Below are positions 1 to 11,314 of a stretch of 36,164 nt of DNA, in pieces. Both the position numbers and the translations under genes were made by a program. Numbering within the stretch: position 1 is the first letter of the stretch; each line of letters begins with the position of its first letter. The DNA is from Paraspadella gotoi (Eukaryota; Animalia; Chaetognatha). Location: NCBI GenBank assembly GCA_051294375.1, contig JBJCIZ010001037.1, forward strand, positions 1 through 36,164. The letters are read 5' to 3'. The notes under the pieces were generated by a model. The model saw nothing but the letters and a program-made list of their open reading frames with translations, was not told where the DNA came from and did not search any database.

Positions 1-3000
1 CTCCCATCTGTTTCTATCCTTTACCACATTTCTAATGCTAGCTTCCTCTCACTCTCAAAAGTATAAAACAACGCTTAATACACCACGAAACGACTTTTTC
101 TCTGTAAAAGATCTAATAAAACTCTAAAAATAACAGAGAAAACGATTTTTTCACAATGTAAAAAAGAAATAAAACTTTAAAAAAAAACGGCCAAACGTTT
201 TTCCAATGTAAAAAGAGGTGTAAAAAACACCGAATAACACGACTTTTAACGTAAAGAAAGTTGATAAAAAACGTTAAATTACAGCGGCAGACGATATTTC
301 CAAAGAGATAACAACTTTAAAAACAAAGAAAACAGTTTTTCCAATGTAAAAAAGATAAAAAAATTTCTAAAACACCGCGAAAACGATATCTTTTCAAAGA
401 AAAAAAAATAAAAAACGTACTACTTCTAAAATACTCATCGGTCTGCTTAAAATACTGTGACGTGTTAATGCAGAGGCACAGATTATTTAAATATCTTTTT
501 ATCAAAAAGCAAACAATTTCCTCTCTTTATTATTTTATGTCTCCTTTCTCTCTCTCTTTTCTCTTTAATTCTTATTGTAGTTTCTCCACTCTCAATAGAT
601 TAAAAACGTTAAATACACCAGAAAAACAGACTTTTTCTCTGTAAAAAGATATGAAAACTTTAAACAACATCAGAAAACGCATTTTTCCAAGTTAAAAAGA
701 GAAATAAAAACTTTAAAAAAAACACGGCAAACGTTTTTGACCAATGTAAACAAGATTTAAAAAACACCTGATAAAACGACTTTTCTAAATAAAAAGTATA
801 AAAAACTTTACAATACACCGGCGAGACGATTATTTTTCCAAGAACAGCATAACCAACTTTAAAAACAAAAGAAATAAACGCTTTTTCCAATGCTAAAAAA
901 GAGATAAAAAATTTCTAAGAACACCGGAAAACGAATATTTCAAAGAAAAAAGAAATAAAAACGTTAAAATACATTGCTGCAAATACAGCAATCATCAGGG
1001 TGGTTACTAGAAAATAGATCCTAAAGCCGTTCAGTACAGTTTTAAATATCTTTTTATCAAAACAAACAAAATTTTCCCTCTCTTTTTATATTTTATGTCG
1101 TCCTTCCTTCTCTCTTTTCTCTTTAATTTTACTGTAGCTTCTCTCCACTCTCAAAAGATAAAAACGTTAAATACCCAGAAACAACACTTTTTCTTCTTAA
1201 AAAGATATGAAAAAACTTTAAAAAATAACAGAAAACGATCTTATTTTTCCAATGTAAAAAGACAATAAAAACTTTAAAAAAAAAAACCGCATAACGTTTT
1301 TTCTCCAATGTAAAAAGGAGTATAAAAAACACCGATAAACGACTTTTCTAATAAGATAAAAAGTGATAAAACAGTTCTAAATACAGCGGCCAGACGATAT
1401 TCAGAAGAGCAGATAACAACCTTTACAAAACAAAGAAAAACGCTTTTTCCAATGTAAAAAGAGATAAAAATTTCTAAAAACACCGCGAAAACATATTTCA
1501 AAGAAAAAAAGAGAATAAAAACGGGTTTAAATACTTCTGAAAATAACATCATCAGGTTGTTAAAATTGGCTGGCAGGACGTTATAAATATCTTTTTATTC
1601 AAAACAAACAAAATTTCCTCTCTTTTATTTTTATGTCATCCTTCCTCTTCTCTTTTCATCTTTAATTTTCATGTAGCTTTCTCTCGCACTCTCAAAAGAT
1701 AAAAAACGTTAAAATACACCATGAGAAACGACTTTTTCCTTGTAAAGAGATATGAAAACTTTAAAAATAACCAGTAAAACGAATTTTTTCCAATGTATAA
1801 AAACAATAAAAACTTTTTAAAAAAAACGGCAAACGTTTTTTCCAAATGTAAAAAGAGTTTAAAAACACCGAAATACGACCTTTTCTTAAAAGTAAAAAAG
1901 TATTTAAAAAATGTCTAAATTACACCGGCACCGACGATTATTTCCAAAGACGATAACAACTTAAAAACAAAGAAAACGCTTTTGTCCAATGTAAAAAAGA
2001 GATACAAAGACAATTTTCTAAAACACCGGAAAACGATATTTCAAGAAAAAAGACAATAAAAACGTTAATACTTCTGCAAGTAACATCATCGAGGTGTTAA
2101 AATTGGGTGGGACAGTTATGTGAAATATCTTTTTATATCAAACAAATACAAATTTCCTCTCTTTTATTTTTATGTTCCTTCTCTTCTCTCTTTTCTCTTT
2201 AATTTTATGTGTGCTTTCTCTCATCTCAATAAGTAAAACGTTAAATACACCAGAAAACGAACTTTTTCTTCTGTAAAAAGCAATTGAAAACTTTAAAAAT
2301 AACAGAAAACGATTTTTCAACTGTAAAAAGAAAAAAACTTAATTAAAAAAACGCGGCAACGTCTTTCGCAAGTAAAAAGAGATTAAAAAACACGACTAAA
2401 CGACCTTTTAGAAGTAAAAAGTAAATTAAAAAGTTAAAACACCGGCAGACAATTTCTCCAAAGCGATAACAACTTTAAAAACAAAGAAAAAACGCTTCTC
2501 ATGTAAAAAAGAATAAAAAAATCAAAAAACACCGGAAAACGATATTTTCAAAGGAAAAAAGAAATAAAAACGCTTCAAATACTTCTGCAAATAACATCAT
2601 CGAAGGTTGTTAAAATGGACCGTATGAGGACAGTTATTAAATAATCTTTTATGCAAAACAAAACAAATTCCCTCTTTATTTTATGTCCCTTCTCTCTCTC
2701 TTCTCTTTAATTTTTATGTAGCTATTCTCTCACTCTCAAAAGATAAAACTGCTTAAGATACACCAGAAAACGACTACTTTTCTCTGTAAAAAGATATGAA
2801 AACTTTAAAAAATAACAGAAAACGATTTTTTTTTCAATGTAGAAAAGAAATAAAAATACTTTAAAAAAAAACGGCAAACGCTTTTTCCAATTTAAAAAAT
2901 GATTAAAAAACATGCAATTAAAACGAGCTTTTCTAAACGTAAAAAGTGAATAAAAACTGTAACAATACAGCCTCGGGCAAACGATATTCCAAAGATGATA

Positions 3001-6000
3001 AAACTTTTAAAAACAAAGAAAAAACGCTTTATTTCCAAGTAAACAAGAGATAAAAAATTCTTAAAACACCGGAAAAACGATGTATTTTCAAGAAAAAAGA
3101 AAATAAAAACGTTAATACTTCTGCAAATAACATCAGTCGCAGGTTAGTTAAAATCTGGGTGAGGACGTTATTAAATATCTTCCTTTATTATAATAAATTC
3201 TCTCTCTTTTATTTAATGTCTCCTTTCTCTCTCTGCTTTCTCTTTAATTTTATGGTAGCTTTCTCTCACTCTCAAAAGATAAACACGTTAAATTACATCC
3301 AGAAAACGACTTTTTCTCTGTAAAAGACTAATGAAAACTTTAAAAAATAACAGAAAACGATTTTTTCCAATGTTAAAAAGAATTAAAAACTTTAAAAAAA
3401 AACGCCAAGACCGTATTCTCCAATGTAAAAAGAGAGTTAAAAAAACCCGTATAAACGACTTTTCTACAAGTAAAAATGAATAAAAACGTTAAATACCCCG
3501 GCAGACGATGCATTTCCAAAGCAGATAACAAACTTTAAAAACAAAGAAAAACGCTTTTTTCCAAGTTAAAAAAGAGAAAAAAATTTCTAAAACACCAGAA
3601 ACGATATTTTCAAAGCGAAAAAGAAATAAAAAACGTTACAATACTTCTGCAAATAAAATCATCGCAGGTTGTTAAAATTGCATACCTGGTGCAAGGACAG
3701 TTATTAAATATACTCTTTATCAAAACAAACAATTTCCTCTCTTTTATTTTTATGTCTCCCTTCTCTCTCTCTCTCTTTTCTTTAATTTTATGTAGCTTTC
3801 TCTCTCACTCTCAAAAATAATTATACCAGTCTAAACACCAGTAGAAATGTACTTTTCTCTGTTAAATAAATATGAATAACTTAAAAATAATCATGAAACA
3901 CGATTTCTTAATGAAAAAGAAATAAAAAACTTTAAAAAAAACGGCAAAACGGTTTTTTCCAATTGTTAAAAAAATTATAAAAAAACACCTGATAAACGAC
4001 TTTCTAAAAGTAAAAAAGTATAAAAACGTTAAATACAGCGGCAGACGATATTTCCAAAGATCCGAAAACCACTTTAAAAACAAAGAAAAACGGCTTTTTC
4101 CAATGTAAAAAGAAGATAAAAAATTTCTATAAAACACCGGGATAACGATCATTTTCAAAGAAAAAAAAATAAAGAACGCTAAATACTTCTGCAAATAAAC
4201 ATCATCAGAGCGTTGTTAAAATTGGGTGAGACATGTTACTTAAATATCTTTTTATCAAAACAAAACAATTTCCTCTCTTTTAATTTGATGCTCTCCTTCT
4301 CTCTCTCTTTTCTCTTTATATTTTACTGTAGCTTTCTCTTCACATCTAAAGATAAAAAACTTAAATACACCAGGAAAACGACTTTTTCTTCGCTAAAAAA
4401 TATGAAAAAACTTTAAAGAATAACAGGAAAAACGATTTTTTCCAATGTAAAAGAATAAAAACTTTATAAATAAAAAACGGGCAAAGTTTTTCCAATGTAA
4501 AAAGAGATTAACAAAACCACCGATAAACGACTTTCTAAAGTTAAAAAGTAATAAACAACGTTAAAATACACCGGCAGACGATATTTCCAAAGAAGATAAC
4601 AACACTTGTTAAAAACAAAAGAAAAACGCTTTTTCCAAATGTAGAAAAAGAAATACAACAAAAAATTTCTAAAACACCGGGAAAACGATATTTCAAACAA
4701 AAAGAAATAAAACGTTAAATACTTCTGCGCAATAACTATCATCGAAGGTTGTCTAAAACTTGGAGGGCAGGAACAGTTATTAAATATTCTTCTTATCAAA
4801 AACAAACAAATTTCCTCTTCTTTTTTATGTATTCTCAGTCTCCTTTCTCTCTTATTCTCTTTAATTTATGTAGCTTCTCTCACTCTCAAAGATAACAAAC
4901 GTGTTAAATACACACGACAAACGACTTTTTCTCTGTAAAAAGATATGAAACTTAAAAACATAAAGAAAACGATTTTTTCCAATGTAAAAAGGATAAAAAC
5001 TTTATAAAAAAAAACGGCAAAACGTTTTTCCAATGTAAAAAGAGTTAAAAAACACCGATAAACGACTTTTCTAAAGTAAAAAGTGAAGAAAAACGTTAAA
5101 TACAGCGGCAGACGATATTTCCAAAGCGGTAACAACTTTAAAACCAAAGAAAACGCTTGTTGCCAAGTTGTAAAAAGAAGATAAAAAATTTCTAAAAACA
5201 CCGGAAAACATTATTTCAAAGAAAAAAAAGAAATAAAAACGTTAAATCTTCTGCAATAACCATCATCGAGGTTGTTTAAATTGGTGCGGAGCGACAGTAT
5301 AAATATCTTTTAATCAAAAAAACAAATTTCCTCTCTTTTATTTTTATGTCTCCTTCTCTCTCTCTTTTCTCTTACTTTTATGTAGCTTTCTCTCACTCTC
5401 AAAAGATAAAAACGTTAAATAACAGGCCAGGAAACGACTTTTTCTCTGTAAAATATATTTGAAAACTTGAAACAATAACAGAGAAAACATTTTTTCAATG
5501 TAAAAAGAAATAAAAAACTTTTTAAAAAACGGCAAACTTTTTTTCCAATGTAAAAAAATAAAAAAACACCGGATAAACGACTTTTGCTAGAAGTAAAAAT
5601 AGTAATTATAAAACGTTAAATACCCGGGCAGACATTTTTCCAAGAGATAACAACGTGTAAAAACAAGCAAGAAAAACGCTTTTTTCCAATGTAAAAAGAG
5701 ATTAAAAAATTTCTAAAACAGCGCGCGAAAACGATATTTTCAAAAGAAACAAAGAAATAAAAACGGTTTAAAATACTGTCTGCAAATAACGATCGATCAA
5801 GGTGTTTAAAATTGGTGTGAGAGACAGTTATTAAATATCTTTTATCAAAACACAAACAAATCCTTTTCTTATTTTCTATGTCTCGCTTCTACCTCTCTCT
5901 TTTGCTCTTTAATTTTATGTAGCTTTCTCTCGCACTCTCAAAAGATAAAGAAGCGGCTTAAATACACCAGAAAAACGACCTTTTCTCTGGTTAAAAAGAT

Positions 6001-6752
6001 ATTGAAAAACTTTAACAAAAGATAACAAAAACGATTTTTTTCCAATGTAAAGAAATAAAAACTTTTAAAAAAACGGCAAACGTTTTTTCCAATGTAAAGA
6101 AGTTAAAAAAACACCGATAAATAAACGACTTTCTACAGTAAAAAGTAATAAAAATGTTAAATACACCGTCAGACGATATTCCAACGAGCATATACAACTT
6201 TAAATAAACAAGGAAAAAGCCTTTTTCCAAATGCTAAAAAGAGAGTAAAAAATCTCTTTAAAAACACGGGAAACATGATTTCAAAGAAAAAAGAAATAAA
6301 AAACGTTAAAATGACACTTTAGCCAATAACATCATCGAGGTTGTTTAAAATTGTGTGAGACGAGTTTATTAAATATCTTTTTATCAAAACACAAACAAAT
6401 TTCCTCTCTTTTATTTTTATGTCTCCTTCTCTCTCTCTTTTTCTCTTTAATTTTATGTTACTTTCTCTGCACTCTCAAAAGATAAAAAACGTTAAAATTA
6501 CACCAGAAAACGGACTTTTCTCTGTAAAAAAAGATATTGAAAACTTTAAAAAAATAACAGGAAAGAACGATTTTTTCCAATGTAAAAAGAAATAAAAAAC
6601 TTTAAAAAAAAACGGCAAACGTTTTTTACCAATGTAAAAGAGTTAAAAAACACGAATAAAGACTTTTCTAAAGTAAAAAGTGAATAAAAAACGTTAAAAT
6701 TACAGGCGGCAGACGACTCATTTCCAAAGAGATAAAACTTTAAAAACCAAAG
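1..6752. repeat. Tandem satellite array, ~510-555-bp unit, ~12.5 copies, AT-rich
   Basis: Marker GTAGCTTTCTCTCACTCTCAAAAGATAAAAACGTTAAATACACCAG recurs at about 39, 577, 1134, 1673, 2209, 2717, 3255, 3792, 4328, 4870, 5381, 5918 and 6457. Copies differ mostly by single-base indels. The array stops mid-unit at 6752. Confidence 0.97.
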
Positions 6753-7083
6753 CCAAGATTAGAGGCAATCACCCTATCACCAGGCTTTCTTTCCGCCGGC
6801 TCCCTCTTCCCCCTCTCAACTCCCCCCTCCTCCTCCTCCTCTCGTCCCTTCCTCCTCCCATCCCCTAGCGAGTGGACCGGGCTCTCCTCTCTCTCTGGAC
6901 GGCACTCACGGCGCCAAGGGCTACCAAGACCCGCGCGAATCCCTCTTTCGCTCTCTTCCTTTTTCCTTTGTAGTGTATTTGCTGTGGCCTATACCCCTTT
7001 TTATTATTACAATCTTACTTACCTCTTTTTACTTGGTTGAGAGGGTAGTCAGATCCTCTTTCTAGCCAGTTATTCTATCTTCA
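6753..7083 (+). repeat. 5' LTR of element 1
   Basis: CCAAGATTAGAGGC...GGACGGCACTCACGGCGCCAAGGGCTACCAAGACC...GCCAGTTATTCTATCTTCA is colinear with 27239-27564 and ends in CA. It could be 5'-truncated. Confidence 0.9.
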
Positions 7084-7086
7084 GAG

Positions 7087-7104
7087 TGCTCGCCAATCAG
7101 GCTC
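7087..7104 (+). promoter_or_regulatory. Possible degenerate primer-binding site
   Basis: TGCTCGCCAATCAGGCTC starts 3 nt after the LTR-terminal CA, the same spacing as the PBS of element 2. It lacks one G of the canonical TGG, in a noisy region. The tRNA was not identified. Confidence 0.35.
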
Positions 7105-7389
7105 TCCCCTAGGTTTAAACCTACCCCAGGATTAAGAGTCCCGTGCTTCCGACTTAAGTTAACCGGGCACGTTAAACCCACCCCAACCCACCCGAAACAT
7201 CAAATTTCTTCGTTTCTTTTCTAAGCTAACCTCATCTTAATGTTTTGTCTCTACCCTAAACTTTTTCTTACCTCGTCGCGCAAAAAAAAGATTTTTTTTT
7301 TTTCAACTCTAACCTAAATTTTCTAATTTTTTTTCTATCTCTCCTCGCGCAAACACACACACAACAAAAAAAACGATTTGTCAAAAACG

Positions 7390-7830
7390 AAAATTGCTAA
7401 AGTGTTAGAGTAAAATCTCATAATTTTTTCTTTTCAGGCACTTAATCCGCGGAAATTTAATAAACAGTCCGTAGAAAAATTGTAAAAGTGTAAAACTGCT
7501 AAAAGAGTATCTCATCATCTTTTCTTAGCACTAACGCGGAATTGTAAAAGTGGTAATAAATTTAAAGTGTAAAATTATAAAGTTTTAATCTCATCCTTTT
7601 TGTCAGCACTAATCCGGAAGTGTAAAAATTGCTAAAAAAATTGTAAAAGTGTTAAAATTATAAAGTATTAATCTCATCCTTTTTTCGCTACTAATCGGAA
7701 GTTGTTAAAAGTTGTATAAAAAACTTTTGGTTAAAGTGTAAAATTATAAGTATTTAATCTTAATCCCTTTTTTTCAGCAGCTAATCCGGGAAATTGTTAA
7801 AGAGTAAAGTGTTTCTCATGCGCATTTCCG
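7390..7830. repeat. Degenerate ~80-90-bp tandem repeat, ~5 copies, in the 5' leader
   Basis: ATCTCATCCTTTT...AGCACTAATCCGGAA..TGTAAAA recurs at about 7415, 7510, 7588, 7671 and 7757. Confidence 0.8.
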
Positions 7831-9319
7831 CGAAACGTGTAAAGAGTCAAGAGCGTAGTCTTAAGAGGACATGAAAATAAAAATAAAAATACGAAGTGAT
7901 AAGTAACAAAAAGTAACAAAGTAAACAAGTCAAATTTCAAAACTCGACTTTCCGAAAACTTTGTTCGGACGTCTATTATCTTATCACTCTCTCGCGTTTA
8001 TTCAACTTTTCACTTTGTTTCACTATCCCCTCGATTTGCGTCCTGCACTCTATCTCCTAATCTCATTAAGCCCAAATCTATTTTCACTCTAGTTTAAAGC
8101 TCATGTTTACATATTTACTATTCTATTTTAATAACTAACTAATACTTACCTTTCTCCTCAAATATTGATCCTAATCATCTATATTCTTTTTTTTTTTTAT
8201 TCTTTATTTGATTATTTAGTATTAATCTCGATTATTAAATTTTATTTAGTTTATTAAATTTATTTCGATTTTATTCTCTGTCCTTGACTTCCCTTTCTTT
8301 CAAAGATTCCATTTGGAATTACTCTCCACCTAATTTTCGACTTTATCTCTGATCTCTATTTCTCTATTTTATTCCTCCCTTCTTTTTCTACTCTCGTTTT
8401 TTCTAATCTCTCGGGTTTCGGTCTCCTTTTTATTATCTATCTTCTATCTTTTTTTCCTTCTTCGGGTATCGGGTTTCCTCTGTATTCTATCTTCCCTTTT
8501 TTTATTTCATCTCTATACTATCCTTTGATACTTCACTATTTTCGACTTAATCAGCTATTTCACCATTTTCGACATTTGAGAATCCACTATTTCGACTTAA
8601 TCCCGCTCTAACTCAGTTTTGGTTGATCCATTGTACTACTTCGCTGTGCCCTCTCCAATTTAACTCAATCTCAGCACAACCTAAACTCTCTTCTACTCTA
8701 TTTCTATTTCGATCTCCAAACTTTACTTCTATCTCTGTTTCTATTTAAATCTTCATCTCAATCTTAACTCTTCCATTCTATTCCTATTTCTCTCCGAGTT
8801 TATTTTTTAAAAAATATAATATATATATAATTTCAAGAACACGACTTAAATCTTAATTCTCCCCTTGGTTCACTCTCTACATCTTTGCTCTCTTTCTCGC
8901 TTTCATCTTTCTACATCTCTCTCTCCTTGACTTACCCTCTCCTCACCCCCTTTGTCAAGCTGAAATCCCCCTCACTCCCTCTCCCTTACTGACGGACTCT
9001 GCATTCCTCTCATCCCGCCTTTCACTTCTTCACTCCTTCATTTCTCTCCCCCCATAACCTTTACCGATATGACCCAGAGGGTACATTTCCATTTTCTCAC
9101 GTTCCCCCTCTTCATTCTTTGCCCGCATTGACCTGAGAGTCAGTCTTCGATCACACTATCTTACTACTCTTTCTCTTCCCCCTCTCATCTGTTCATGCTC
9201 TTCCCTCTCCTCATCCTCTCTACTCCTAAGAGCACAAGCTGCAAAGAGAGGAACCGTCGACCTCTGACCGAAAAACGCTCTACGCTGCCTCCTCGTGGTC
9301 CAAGCTTACTTTCCCTCTC

Positions 9320-9415
9320 CTCATTCTCTCTCTCTCTCTTCTGTCTTACCTCTCTCTCTTACTCTCCCTCTCTCTCTCTCTCTTAACTCTCTCTCCTCTC
9401 TTACTTCCCCTCTCC

Positions 9416-9465
<50 letters not shown>

Positions 9466-9570
9466 CTCTCTCTCCTCTCTCTCTCTCCTCTCTCTCTCCT
9501 CTCGCCCTCCCTCCACTCCTCGCTCCCTTTTCCTCTTCTTTCCCTCTTCTCCTCCCCCCCCTCTCGCGGC
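9320..9570. repeat. (CT)n microsatellite / polypyrimidine tract
   Basis: Directly visible CT runs. Confidence 0.95.
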
Positions 9571-9788
9571 CGATATAACCCCTAACGACTCTCGGTCCTC
9601 TCCCCCTCCCGCTCTTTTGTTACCCCCCTTCCAGTTTTATTACCCCTCCGCACAGCCAAAACCGATTCCTTGATTTATCCGAGCAGCTGACAAAGTTAGC
9701 CTAAAGAGTGACAGAAAAGTAATGACAATAACGGAGCAAAAGTAACTGGGTGAAGAAAAGGATTGAGAAAAAAATTTCAGCGACCGTG

Positions 9789-10017
9789 TAAAAAATAATT
9801 AAATTGTGGCTTCTTCCTTCCAAAAAAATATATATAACAAACAAACAAAACAAAACTTAAATTGAGATCTATTCCTTTTCCGTCTTGATCTTCTCTTATT
9901 CTAAAAAAATAATTAAATTGTGGCTTCTTCCTTCCAAAAAAAAATATATATAACAAACAAACAAAACGAAACTTAAATTGAGGTCTATTCCTTTTCCTTC
10001 TTGATCTTCTCTTATTC
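9789..10017. repeat. Near-perfect tandem duplication of ~113-116 bp
   Basis: TAAAAAATAATTAAATTGTGGCTTCTTCC...TTGATCTTCTCTTATTC occurs at 9789-9901 and 9902-10017. Confidence 0.92.
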
Positions 10018-10103
10018 TACGAATTTTTCTTTCGATCTCGCGAAACTTTCTTGCTCGTCTTCTCTCTCTCTTTCTCTTTTTTTTCTCATTTTCCTTGCCC
10101 GTT

Positions 10104-10373
10104 ATGTTTCTAGTAGACGATGAAATAAACGAAGATTGTTTGCGCCGCGCATTTTTCCCGCGTTTTACCGATCCGTCTTGCACGTTACAACATTGGTTGT
10201 TGCACTATAGCCGCTGTTCGTATTGCCGTGCCTGTACTTTCTGCACAATCTGCTCACTGGACGAAACCCACCCCACCCGTTTCTGCCCGACCCTTACCGA
10301 AACATTAGAGAAATTTAAAAATCTCAGAGTTGAATCCCCTACACCGTCGGAAGAATCTGAAACCTCGAGGTGA
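10104..10373 (+). CDS. 89-aa Cys/His-rich upstream ORF with a zinc knuckle (possible first exon of gag)
   Basis: ATG at 10104, TGA at 10371-10373. Contains HYSRCSYCRACTFCTICSLDETHPTRFCP; the last part has the C-X2-C-X5-H-X4-C spacing of the Gag knuckles. Confidence 0.6.
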   Translation: MFLVDDEINEDCLRRAFFPRFTDPSCTLQHWLLHYSRCSYCRACTFCTICSLDETHPTRFCPTLTETLEKFKNLRVESPTPSEESETSR

Positions 10374-10614
10374 ATCCATTTACAACAGAAACTTTAAATT
10401 TTCAAAAAAAAGAAAATTTGAATTTTCGAAACGACGACGCGTTTTCTTCCTTTTTATTTTTCGTCCTTTTTTTCGCCGCCGAACGATTCGTCGACGACGA
10501 ATCATCATCCTCCTCCTCTGAATCCTCCTCTCGTGAATTCCTCCTCCTCCTGAAACTCGTTCTCGTTCTCGCTTCTCTCACTTCAATTGGACTACCCCCC
10601 CCCATCTTCGACTC

Positions 10615-10654
10615 TTCTGTCTCTCTCTCTCCCCCTTATATTTTTTTTCATCTA

Positions 10655-10691
<37 letters not shown>

Positions 10692-10702
10692 TATCTTTCT
10701 CT

Positions 10703-10757
<55 letters not shown>

Positions 10758-10945
10758 CCTTATCTTTCTTCCCCTTTTCTCTCCTCTATTCTTTTCTCTC
10801 CTCGCTTTTACTCTCTCTATCGAATTTTTTTTTCTTTTTCTCTCCTCTATCCCTTTCTCTCTCTTCTCTCTCTCTCTTTCCTCTCCCTCTCTCCCTTATC
10901 TTTCTTCCCCTTTCTCTCCTTTATTCTTTTCTCTCCTCGCTTTTA
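10615..10945. repeat. (CT)n-rich tract
   Basis: Directly visible CT runs, followed by (CTTAY)n-like repeats to ~11210. Confidence 0.93.
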
Positions 10946-11314
10946 AACTACTTTAAACTTTAAGTACCCTTTCCCTTTTATTTCCCCTTCACCCACTTTA
11001 GCTTTAGCTCACTCTATCTTACTTATCTTATCTTATCTTATTTTACCTCCTTCCATTTTACTCCACTCTAATTTTTTCCGCTTTATTCTATCTTACCCTG
11101 CCTCACCTTACCTTACTTTACTTATCTTACCTTATCCTACCTTATTTCCACTCTACGTCACTTTAGTTTATTTCACCTTCACCTTAATTAAACTTACCTT
11201 ATCCACTTCCCCTTAAAATTACTTCTCTTTATTTCTCCCTGCCTTACTCACCCTTCTTTCTGAAGAACTAAATCCGACCTAATTTCCAACGTAAATACAT
11301 CAAAGGAAATCACG

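Noticed and set aside
317-6230. Many 60-113-aa F/L/K-rich ORFs
   Set aside because: Translations of the AT-rich satellite; frames are not conserved between units.
1-6752. CRISPR-like periodicity
   Set aside because: No unique spacers, no cas genes, and a eukaryotic transposon context.
9195-10963. Ser/Leu-rich ORFs (9195, 9295, 10370, 10587; likewise 20380, 22042 and the RE-rich 23927)
   Set aside because: Products of (CT)n or T-rich low-complexity tracts.
11000-11210. (CTTAC/CTTAT)n as telomeric repeats
   Set aside because: Does not match (CCTAA)n or (CCCTAA)n; degenerate and internal to the element.
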